13,028 bases of DNA. Source: Polyangiales bacterium (GTDB taxonomy: Bacteria; Myxococcota_A; Polyangia; Polyangiales; Polyangiaceae). The position numbers and the translations under genes are program-made. The stretch lies in contig JBBRNJ010000134.1 in NCBI GenBank assembly GCA_038230375.1, positions 1 to 13,028 on the forward strand, in the 5' to 3' direction. The notes below the pieces were generated by a model, which was not told where the DNA came from, did not search any database, and worked only from the letters and a program-made list of their open reading frames with translations. Below are positions 5,410-12,874 of this stretch, piece after piece. The number at the start of each line of letters is the position of its first letter. Positions within the stretch are counted from its first letter, which is position 1.

Positions 5410-8175
5410 ATGTCCTTCCGCGCGCGTTTTCTTCGCATGTCCCCTCACACGAGGCCGCTCTTCGCGTTCGCGCTGCTCGGGCTCGTGTGGGCGTGGCGCG
5501 GCGCGCCTGATGGCACGGCCCCCAGCCGCGGCGCTGCCCTCGCCGAGCTCCTCTCGCGGGCTGGCCTGGCGACGAGCGCGGAGGATGTCGTGTGGCTCGA
5601 CGAGCCCGGCGGGCCGCTGGGTTCCCTGAGCGCCAGGACCCGCGCGCTCGTGCGTGCACGCGCCCCGAAGGAGACCTTCGACCTCTACCTGGTGCAGACG
5701 CGGCTCTCCCCCGAAGGCGCACTGCTGGGGATTGGCGGCGTCTACGATCTGACGCGCACGACGGGCGTCGACGAGGAGCGCCCGATCGTGCACGGCGACA
5801 GGGCCGCGTACGTGACGTCGATCGACGGAGCTCCGAACGCGGTGCACGTGCTCTCGCTCTCGGGCCGCGCGAAGCCCACCGACTTCACGTCACTGCAGCG
5901 CGCGCAGTTCGCGATCGCCAATGCACAGAGCACGGGCCAGCAGAGCGGCGTCAGGCACGACGTGTACACGCTCGAGCGCGCTCCGTCCCACGTCGACCTC
6001 TCCTGGACCGACGGCGAGGCGCTCGTGGTGGACGCCGACGATCAGCACGTGACCGTGGACGCGACGAATGCGCTCGTCATGCCACAGCGCGGAGACGCGG
6101 TGCTCCGCGCGGCCCCGGAGCAAGGGGCGGCCAGACCCGCTTCGCTCGTTCCGTGGACGGTCGATCGCGTGCGCGCGATCCCTTGGTTCGGCGAAGAGAA
6201 GATGCAGTGGGTGAAGGCGATCGCCTTCAAGGCGCTCGAGGTCGTGACCGACGCGAAGTCGCGCGTGTCGCAGGACACCGGCGCCGAAGAGGCGGCCACC
6301 GACATGAACGCGCTGAAGAGCGGCGGAGGCACCATCACGTTCACCGATCCCGAGATCGGCTGGCCGCCCGCGCCCATGAAGCCCACCATCACCCCTGCGC
6401 TCCCGGGCGAGGGCGAGTGGATCGGGCTCGACAAGGATCCCTTCATCACGCAGACGCCTGGCGCGCCTCCCTGGTTCCTCACGTCGTACATCCGCACGGA
6501 TCCGATGCGCGTCGCGACGCGCATCTACGTGACCATCTGGGATCCGCGTCAGATCGCCCTCCACATGGAAGCTGGCACCGTGGAGCCCGTCGGCGCCGCG
6601 GGCGAGGCGGGCCCCGGCGTCATCCCGCGCACCCCTGAGATCATGCGGCGCGTGGTCGCTGGCTTCAACGGCGGCTTCCAGGCATTGCACGGCGAGTTCG
6701 GCATGCAAGCGAACGGCATCGAGTACCTTCCGCCAAAGCCCTACGCCGCCACTGTGATCGAGATGAAGGACGGCTCCACGGCGTTTGGCGCATGGCCGAA
6801 GGCGGCCGAGGTCCCGGACGAGATCCTCTCGTACCGACAGAACCTCACGGCGCTGGTACAGAACGACAAGTTCAATCCGTGGGGGCGCGCGTGGTGGGGC
6901 GGCACGCCCATCGGCTGGTACGACAACATCCACACCACGCGCAGCGGCGTCTGTCTCACGAAGGAGAACTACGTCGGCTACTTCTACGGCATCGACATCG
7001 CGCCGAACGTCCTCGCCGACGGCATGCTTGCGGCGCGCTGCGCTTTCGGTGTGCACCTGGACATGAACCCCGGTCTCGCCGGCTTCGAGTTCTACAACGT
7101 GCAGCCGCGGAGCTCGTTCGTGCCCCTTGGTCGCCCGCTGCAATCGGAGTGGGAGTACGAGGGCACCATCAAGGAGCTCCCCGAGTTCCTGTTCCGCGCA
7201 CGCCGCATGATGAAGAGCATGCAGCACCAGAACTTCCCGCAGTACATCCATCGCGACGGGCGCGACTTCTTCTACCTGACCGCGCGCTACGTGCTGCCTG
7301 GAGCGGACGTTCCCTCGCCTTCGCCACATGGGCCGGACGAGGGTAAATTCCGGGTGAAGGGACTGCCGCAGCACGGCTTCCCGTACGCGCTCGCGATCGC
7401 GGAGTCGCGGATTGCCTCTGCGCCGGACGTGCGTGTTCGGGTCATCCGCGTGGACCCACGCGCCGTGACGGCGAAGCGAAAGGAGGACACGCAAGGCAAG
7501 CCTGTCGTCCTCACCGTGGGTCGCACGCCGCAGAAGGAAGCCGCGCGCGCGGACGGCGACCTTGGTCTCTTCCACACAGGCCATGTGTTCATCGTCGGCA
7601 AGCAGAGCGCGCCGCCAGAGGGTGCGTTGCTGATCGCGCGCGGCACCTCCGAGACGGGTGACGGCACATCACGAGCGCAGGCGGCCGTCGGCGTGGGCGA
7701 CGAGGACGGCATGCTCCAGTGGGTCGAGCTTGCACCCGGTGTGACCGCAACAGCCGCGAGCGCGCACGCCATGGGCGAGCTGCTCACGTCGCTCGGGTGC
7801 ACGTCGCGCATGTGGCTGCTCGCTGGCACGCGCGCAGCGCTCGGCGGAACGCTCGACAGCGCGGGGCAAACGTTCGCGCCGCCAACGCCAGAGGCGGTCC
7901 TCGTTCGCGCAGATGCGCCCGGCGCGCATCCCTACTTCACGGACACGCCGATCGTCGGCCAGGACGTGTGGCAGCCGCTGCAGAGCCTGCGCGTGCGCTA
8001 CTTCAAGAAGCCAGGAGCCGCGGGCAGCGCAGCGCCCGATGGCGGCGCGCCCGCACCGGGGGGAACCACTGCGCCTGCACCCGCGCCCGCCCCCGCGCCC
8101 ATCCCGACTGGCCCTGCGCCGGCCGCACCTGGCGGCACGCAAGGACGTCATGGTGGGCCGGGCGGAGGACATTGA
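5410..8175 (+). CDS. Large exported/membrane-anchored protein with phosphodiester glycosidase (NAGPA/DUF2233)-like domain
   Basis: N-terminal hydrophobic segment PLFAFALLGLVWAW. NAGPA-like motifs VVAGFNGGF (6652-6678), TTRSGVCL (~6934-6957), LADGMLAARCAFGVHLDMNPG (~7012-7074). Pro/Ala/Gly tail. GC-rich third positions. Start ATG 5410 or 5437; the track start at 4948 overlaps the lipoprotein gene. Confidence 0.7.
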   Translation: MSFRARFLRMSPHTRPLFAFALLGLVWAWRGAPDGTAPSRGAALAELLSRAGLATSAEDVVWLDEPGGPLGSLSARTRALVRARAPKETFDLYLVQTRLSPEGALLGIGGVYDLTRTTGVDEERPIVHGDRAAYVTSIDGAPNAVHVLSLSGRAKPTDFTSLQRAQFAIANAQSTGQQSGVRHDVYTLERAPSHVDLSWTDGEALVVDADDQHVTVDATNALVMPQRGDAVLRAAPEQGAARPASLVPWTVDRVRAIPWFGEEKMQWVKAIAFKALEVVTDAKSRVSQDTGAEEAATDMNALKSGGGTITFTDPEIGWPPAPMKPTITPALPGEGEWIGLDKDPFITQTPGAPPWFLTSYIRTDPMRVATRIYVTIWDPRQIALHMEAGTVEPVGAAGEAGPGVIPRTPEIMRRVVAGFNGGFQALHGEFGMQANGIEYLPPKPYAATVIEMKDGSTAFGAWPKAAEVPDEILSYRQNLTALVQNDKFNPWGRAWWGGTPIGWYDNIHTTRSGVCLTKENYVGYFYGIDIAPNVLADGMLAARCAFGVHLDMNPGLAGFEFYNVQPRSSFVPLGRPLQSEWEYEGTIKELPEFLFRARRMMKSMQHQNFPQYIHRDGRDFFYLTARYVLPGADVPSPSPHGPDEGKFRVKGLPQHGFPYALAIAESRIASAPDVRVRVIRVDPRAVTAKRKEDTQGKPVVLTVGRTPQKEAARADGDLGLFHTGHVFIVGKQSAPPEGALLIARGTSETGDGTSRAQAAVGVGDEDGMLQWVELAPGVTATAASAHAMGELLTSLGCTSRMWLLAGTRAALGGTLDSAGQTFAPPTPEAVLVRADAPGAHPYFTDTPIVGQDVWQPLQSLRVRYFKKPGAAGSAAPDGGAPAPGGTTAPAPAPAPAPIPTGPAPAAPGGTQGRHGGPGGGH

Positions 8176-8313
8176 CGCGGTGCGCACCCAAGAATCTCGT
8201 CGAAACAAGCTCAATTATCTCGCCAAGTCGTCCTTGCAGCGGTAGAAACCGACGCGCGATTTGGGGTGTTTTTTGTGGCGTGCGCCTCCACCACGCGTTT
8301 GCGACGGTCCGCG

Positions 8314-8360
8314 ATTTCCGGTTCCCGGAGAACGTCTCCGGCGCGTAACCGGTGGAAAAT
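8314..8360. other. Nested inverted repeat in the AT-richer intergenic region upstream of the PEGA gene
   Basis: CCGGAGA(8325-8331)-ACG-TCTCCGG(8335-8341), enclosed by CCGGTT(8318-8323)/AACCGG(8347-8352), with ATTT/AAAT outside. Confidence 0.5.
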
Positions 8361-8395
8361 TGGGGTGCGGGTGCAACAAAAAGCGCTATGGGGCG

Positions 8396-8414
8396 TATCA
8401 TGCAGCTTCAGGAG
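8396..8414 (+). promoter_or_regulatory. Candidate -10 (TATCAT) and Shine-Dalgarno (AGGAG) of the PEGA gene
   Basis: TATCAT at 8396-8401; AGGAG at 8410-8414, 6 nt before ATG 8421. The SD is well supported; the -10 is less so. Confidence 0.55.
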
Positions 8415-8420
8415 TCACGG

Positions 8421-10613
8421 ATGTCTGACGATAACAAGGGATCGGACCTCGATATCTTCGAGGGCCTCGGCAAGAAAAGCGGAAAAATTCCCTCCGCCGC
8501 GCCAGCTGCACCCCCTCCGCCACCTGCCTCCAGGTCGAGCGCCGCGATGCCAGCAGCACGCCCATCTGCGCCCCCTGCCCCCCCTGCCGCGCCCACTGCG
8601 CCGTCAGGCCTGAACTCCCCCGTGAGCTCTCCCATGATGGGGCACAGCGCGCCGTCCGCGCCCACCGCCGTTTCCGCGGCTCCTGTCGCGCCCACCGCGC
8701 CCACCGCGAGCAGGCCGCCGCCGCCGCCGTCCGGCATGATGAAGGCCGCCGCGCCCGTCGCTGCGCCCACTGGCAGCAAGCCGCCCCCGCCTCCAGGTCG
8801 TTCGTCACTGCCCAAGCTCGAGGCCGCGCCGCTTGCAGCTGTCACGAAGCCCGCTCCCACCGGCCCCACCTTCCCCAGCTTCCCCGCCAACGCCAAGGGC
8901 GCCAATGGGTCGCTGGACATGGACTGGGATGACGAGAACGAAGAGACGCACGTCTTCGATCGCGAGAGCAGCAAAGCAAACGCGACGCTCGAAGCGGACC
9001 TCATCGAGGAGCCGAAGGACCTGATGCCGAAGGTCCTCCCGAGCGCGAAGAAGACGCTGCTCGGCATGAACGGCATGGCAGCGGTTCCGCCGCCCCCGCC
9101 GGCTTCCGGTGGAATGCGTGCCGCCTCTGCGCCGCCGCCCCCGCCCCCGCCAGGCCCGAACAGCCAGCGCCACATGCTGTCGCAGCCGCCAGTGCCCCCG
9201 CCGCCGCCCGGCTCCATGGGTGGCATTCCTGCAGCGCCACAGACGCAGCGCCTGGACGAGATCCAGCAGCCGTCGACGCAGCCGCTCCAGATGCCGAATT
9301 CTCAGCGCATTCCGTCCGCGCCGCCGCCGGCCGCGGGTATGCCGCCGTACGGCTCCGTGCCTCCGATGCAAGCTGCGGCGCCCATCTCCATGGCGCCGGC
9401 TCCGTCACACGCGCCGCCGAGCATGGGGCGTCAGATGGAAGCCACGCAGATGGTTCGTCCCCAGGGTGAGGGCGGCAAGACCGGCCTCCTCGTGGGCGTC
9501 GGTCTCATCGCGCTCGCCGCGGTCGCAGGCTTCGCCGTCTACATGGCGATCCCCAAGACCGGCCGCATCGTCGTCAATGCCGCGGATGCCAAGGGCACTG
9601 CTGTCGACCAGGTCGACGTCTACCTCGACGGCAAGAAGCAGTGCGACACCACGCCGTGCACGATCGATCAGGTCACCGCGGGCGAACATGTCGTCAAGGT
9701 CGGCTCGAGCGGCTACGAAGCAGCGATGAAGACCGTGGTGGTCGAGTCGCGCAAGTCACAGGGGATCGACTTCGCTCTCGTCAGCGGATCGACCAAGGCG
9801 GGCACTGGCGTGAAGGCCTCGGGCAGCCAGCCGAGCGTCCGCCTCTATGTGGACGGTCGCGAGCTCGGACCGCTCCCGCAAGAGGTCCGTGATCTCACGC
9901 CCGGTGAGCACAAGATCCGCCTCGCCGGCTCGGAGCGCTACTCTCCCATCGAGCGCACCGTCACGGTCTCCAAGGACGAGGTCGTCGACCTTGGCAACCA
10001 GAGCCTCCGCGTCCTCAAGGGCAAGGTCACCGTGCAGCTCGGTACGCCGGGCGCGAAGGTGTTCATCGTCACCGGCACGGAACGTCACGAGGTCACGCCG
10101 ATCCCGATCGCCCTGGAGATCGACACGGCGAAGCCGGCACGGCTCGAGGCGACCAAGGTCGGCTTCAACGATTACTCGCTCCCCGTCACGTTCGATGACG
10201 GCCAGGCCGAGAAGCAGATCACCATCACGATGGATCCGAAGGGCGCTGCGCCTGCAACCGCCGCCTGGGTGCCGCCTTCGCAGCCTGCTTCGCAGCCCAC
10301 ACAGCCCGCTCAGCCCAAGGAGCCCAAGGAGCCGGTCACCACGGCGCCCGCGCAGCCGACCCAGCCCACACAGCCCGCCAACACCGGCGCGACGCAGGGT
10401 GGTGACGCGTTCCTCACGCTGAACTCCCTTCCTGCATCCACGGTCCTCGTGGACGGCAAGCCCGTGGGTCAGACGCCGAAGGTGAAGTTCTCGGTCTCGG
10501 CCGGCACGCACACCGTCACGTTCGTGAACTCGGAGCAGCAGCTGAAGAAGACCATGCAGGTCACCGTCGGCGCGGGCGAGACCAAGCCGGTCATCGCCAA
10601 GCTCCGCGAATAG
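8421..10613 (+). CDS. Single-TM PEGA-domain protein with long Pro-rich cytoplasmic N-terminus
   Basis: SD-supported start MSDDNKGSDLDIFEGL; ~355 aa Pro/Ala-rich region; TM LLVGVGLIALAAVAGFAVYMAI from 9486. PEGA-like repeats: VYLDGKKQCDTTP..GEHVVKV..GY; LYVDGRELGPLP..GEHKIRL; PGAKVFI..LEATKVGF; VLVDGKPVGQTP..GTHTVTF. Confidence 0.85.
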   Translation: MSDDNKGSDLDIFEGLGKKSGKIPSAAPAAPPPPPASRSSAAMPAARPSAPPAPPAAPTAPSGLNSPVSSPMMGHSAPSAPTAVSAAPVAPTAPTASRPPPPPSGMMKAAAPVAAPTGSKPPPPPGRSSLPKLEAAPLAAVTKPAPTGPTFPSFPANAKGANGSLDMDWDDENEETHVFDRESSKANATLEADLIEEPKDLMPKVLPSAKKTLLGMNGMAAVPPPPPASGGMRAASAPPPPPPPGPNSQRHMLSQPPVPPPPPGSMGGIPAAPQTQRLDEIQQPSTQPLQMPNSQRIPSAPPPAAGMPPYGSVPPMQAAAPISMAPAPSHAPPSMGRQMEATQMVRPQGEGGKTGLLVGVGLIALAAVAGFAVYMAIPKTGRIVVNAADAKGTAVDQVDVYLDGKKQCDTTPCTIDQVTAGEHVVKVGSSGYEAAMKTVVVESRKSQGIDFALVSGSTKAGTGVKASGSQPSVRLYVDGRELGPLPQEVRDLTPGEHKIRLAGSERYSPIERTVTVSKDEVVDLGNQSLRVLKGKVTVQLGTPGAKVFIVTGTERHEVTPIPIALEIDTAKPARLEATKVGFNDYSLPVTFDDGQAEKQITITMDPKGAAPATAAWVPPSQPASQPTQPAQPKEPKEPVTTAPAQPTQPTQPANTGATQGGDAFLTLNSLPASTVLVDGKPVGQTPKVKFSVSAGTHTVTFVNSEQQLKKTMQVTVGAGETKPVIAKLRE
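10275..10378 (+). repeat. Coding micro-repeats producing a (QP/KEP)n linker between PEGA domains 3 and 4
   Basis: CAGCCCACACAGCCCGC at 10293-10309 and 10362-10378; tandem CTTCGCAGCC and AGCCCAAGG units; encodes SQPASQPTQPAQPKEPKEP...QPTQPTQPA. Confidence 0.7.
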
Positions 10614-10617
10614 GACC

Positions 10618-12198
10618 ATGACCAGCGGCGTCCCCGGCAGTGGGGCAGGCAGCGGCGGCGCGGGCGGCACAGGCGCGACCAAGGTGAGAAAAGTGGGGAG
10701 CATGCTCATCGTCGACGATGAGCCCCACCTCCGCGACATGTTGCGCATCCTGTTCCGGCGCGAAGGGTACGACGTCACGGTCGCGCCAGGATTCGCGGCT
10801 GGCAAGGACGCGGTCAAGAACGCTCCCACACCCTACGGCGTTGTCCTGACGGACCTCATGATGCCGGACGGGTCAGGGCTCGACCTGCTGTCGGTCGCGC
10901 GCCAGCGCAGCAACGAGACCGAGGTCATCGTGATGACCGCGCATGGAGGCGTGGAGACGGCGATCGAAGCGATGAAGCGCGGCGCGTACGACTTCGTCGA
11001 GAAGCCCGTCGCGAACGAAGAGCTCCGCGCTCTGGTTGACAAGGCCTTCGAGAAGCGCGGCATCGTGCTCGAGAACGTCAAGCTCCGCGCGCAGGCCCAG
11101 CGCCAGAACCCGCGCGATCTGCTCGGCCACTCGGAGCCGATGCGTCGCATCGTGGAGCTCGTCCAGCGTCTCGCAGCATCCAAGGCCACCGTGCTCATCA
11201 CTGGCGAGAGCGGGACGGGCAAGGAGCGCGTCGCGAAGGCAATCCACGATGCATCGGATCGGCGCGACAAGCCCTGGCGCGTGATCAACTGCGGCGCGAT
11301 CCCGGAGGCCCTCATCGAGAGCGAGCTCTTCGGTCACGAGAAGGGTTCCTTCACCGGCGCCTCGCATCGCAGCATGGGCATCTTCCGGGAGGCGGACGGC
11401 GGCACGGTTCTCCTGGACGAGGTCGGCGAGCTCCCCACGCCCATGCAGGTCAAGCTCCTGCGCGTGCTCCAGGAGCGGAAGATCCGCGGTATCGGCGAGA
11501 CGAACGAGGGATCGGTCGACGTGCGCATCCTGGCCGCGACAAACCGCAACGTCGAGGACGACGTGAAGAGCGGCAAGTTCCGGCAGGATCTCTACTACCG
11601 CCTGAACGTCATTCGCATCGAGGTTCCACCGCTGCGCGATCGGCGCGAAGACATCGCGGAGCTCACGACTCACTTCCTCACCCGCTGCTGCCACGAACAC
11701 GGCAAAGAGATTCGCGGGCTCACCGCGGATGCTCGACGCGCGCTCGATGGGTACGGGTTCCCCGGCAACGTGCGCGAGCTCGAGAACATCGTGGAACGCG
11801 CAGTCGCGTTGTCCTCGAGCCCAGTGCTCGATCTCGGCGATCTTCCATCCGAGGTGAGCGGCAAGGCCAGCCAGCCCACGCCATCGCTCGTCTCGCTACC
11901 AGAAGAGGGCCTGCGCCTCGACGAAGTGCTCACGGAGGTGGAGCGCCGCCTCGTGCTCCAGGCCCTCGAACGCACCGGCGGTGTCCGCACGGCGGCGGCC
12001 AAGCTCCTGGGCGTGAGCTTCCGGAGCCTGCGGTACCGGCTACAGAAGCTCTCTCTTGGAGGCGATGACGACACGCCGAGCGAGTCGATCCCACCCGCGA
12101 GCGGGTCCCAGATGGATCAACCGCACGATCTTGGACTCGACCCCAGTGATGACGGGTCCCCCAGCAGCGGCAGCGGCGGGGACAGCAGGGGCAAGTAA
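10618..12198 (+). CDS. pilR: Sigma-54-dependent NtrC-family response regulator, PilR-like (REC-AAA+-Fis HTH)
   Basis: REC LIVDDE, VLTDLMMP, MTAHG, GAYDFVEKP; AAA+ GESGTGKE, ESELFGHEKGSFTGA, LLDEVGE, RQDLYYRLNV, FPGNVRELEN; HTH AAKLLGVSFRSLRYRLQKL, whose SFRSLRYRL is typical of PilR; pilin genes follow. Family is certain; orthology to pilR is likely. AGGA overlaps the upstream stop codon; alternative starts 10684-10702. Confidence 0.85.
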   Translation: MTSGVPGSGAGSGGAGGTGATKVRKVGSMLIVDDEPHLRDMLRILFRREGYDVTVAPGFAAGKDAVKNAPTPYGVVLTDLMMPDGSGLDLLSVARQRSNETEVIVMTAHGGVETAIEAMKRGAYDFVEKPVANEELRALVDKAFEKRGIVLENVKLRAQAQRQNPRDLLGHSEPMRRIVELVQRLAASKATVLITGESGTGKERVAKAIHDASDRRDKPWRVINCGAIPEALIESELFGHEKGSFTGASHRSMGIFREADGGTVLLDEVGELPTPMQVKLLRVLQERKIRGIGETNEGSVDVRILAATNRNVEDDVKSGKFRQDLYYRLNVIRIEVPPLRDRREDIAELTTHFLTRCCHEHGKEIRGLTADARRALDGYGFPGNVRELENIVERAVALSSSPVLDLGDLPSEVSGKASQPTPSLVSLPEEGLRLDEVLTEVERRLVLQALERTGGVRTAAAKLLGVSFRSLRYRLQKLSLGGDDDTPSESIPPASGSQMDQPHDLGLDPSDDGSPSSGSGGDSRGK

Positions 12199-12255
12199 CC
12201 GCGCGGCCAGCATTACACGAGACGAGGAGCGCCGTTGTGCGCTAGGTATAGTGCC

Positions 12256-12831
12256 GTGGTCTTAGGCACGGGCAGGACGCGTAGAGCTGGCGAGGCCGGG
12301 CTCACCGTCGCGGAGTTGATGAACTTCGTCGCGATCGCGGCGATCCTCGCAGGGCTGGGCATGTACGGCATGTCCAGGTACATCCGTCGCACCAGGACCG
12401 CGGAGGCCACACGCTCGGTCACCAAGATCGCTGCGGGCGCATCGGCCTATTACAATCAATCCGACGAGAGCCAGCCGAAGGGAACGGACCCGAAGGCCGC
12501 GCGCGCCACGCGACATTTCCCGCCCTCCTCGCGCGACAGCGTGCCCGCGGAGCTCATCAACATCCGCGGCAAGCAGTATCAGTCGAACAGCGGCGACTGG
12601 GCCGTCTCTCCATGGCGTGAGATGAGCTTCCAGATCTCGCCGAGCCCCCAGTTCTACGCGTACTCGTTCAAGTCGGATGGCGCGGGGACAACCGCGCGCG
12701 CGCAGGCTGTGGCGCACGGCGACCTCGACGGCGACGGACATCTCTCCACGTTCTCCTCTCAGGTCGCCCCCGATGACGATCTGGAGGCGAAGGTCTCGCC
12801 CAACCTCGAGCGCATCGATCCAGAGGAGTGA
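12256..12831 (+). CDS. Type IV pilin-like protein with class III (prepilin) signal peptide
   Basis: Basic leader RTRRAGEAG, cleavage G|LTVAE (Gly 12298-12300, Glu at +5), hydrophobic helix LMNFVAIAAILAGLGMYG, RYIRRTRTAEA, and C-terminal W..MSF..PQFYAYSF and AHGDLDGDG, as I recall from myxobacterial pilins. Start GTG 12256 or TTG 12235. Confidence 0.85.
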   Translation: MVLGTGRTRRAGEAGLTVAELMNFVAIAAILAGLGMYGMSRYIRRTRTAEATRSVTKIAAGASAYYNQSDESQPKGTDPKAARATRHFPPSSRDSVPAELINIRGKQYQSNSGDWAVSPWREMSFQISPSPQFYAYSFKSDGAGTTARAQAVAHGDLDGDGHLSTFSSQVAPDDDLEAKVSPNLERIDPEE

Positions 12832-12874
12832 TGGCCCGACGACTGATCTCCGGAGGAGTGATCTCCGGAAGAGG
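12817..12874 (+). repeat. Short imperfect direct repeats at the pilin-1/pilin-2 junction
   Basis: TGATCTCCGGA at 12844-12854 and 12859-12869 (15-bp period), plus related GATCCAGAGGAGTGAT at 12817-12832. Confidence 0.7.

Noticed and set aside
4948..5847. Apparent large overlap between the 1075-aa + ORF and the 341-aa minus ORF
   Set aside because: Signal-peptide positions place the real starts near 5410/5437 and 5223/5202, leaving a normal divergent intergenic region.
8179..8188. Palindrome GGTGCGCACC after the 8175 stop as an intrinsic terminator
   Set aside because: The stem is too short once a loop is allowed, and there is no U-tract.
5890..11700. Long antisense or alternate-frame ORFs (5890..7584, 8408..9226, 9756..10829, 10873..11700 and others)
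   Set aside because: They overlap well-supported genes and have Arg/Gly/Ala-rich off-frame composition.
12240..12257. Minus-strand CGGCAC...TAGC as a sigma-54 promoter
   Set aside because: GG-to-GC spacing is 11 rather than 10 nt, there is no TTGC, and it points away from the pilins.
8335..12868. Shared TCTCCGG in the 8325-8341 dyad and the pilin junction repeats as a common regulator site
   Set aside because: A 7-mer that also occurs inside rimO (4421); chance occurrence is likely at this GC content.
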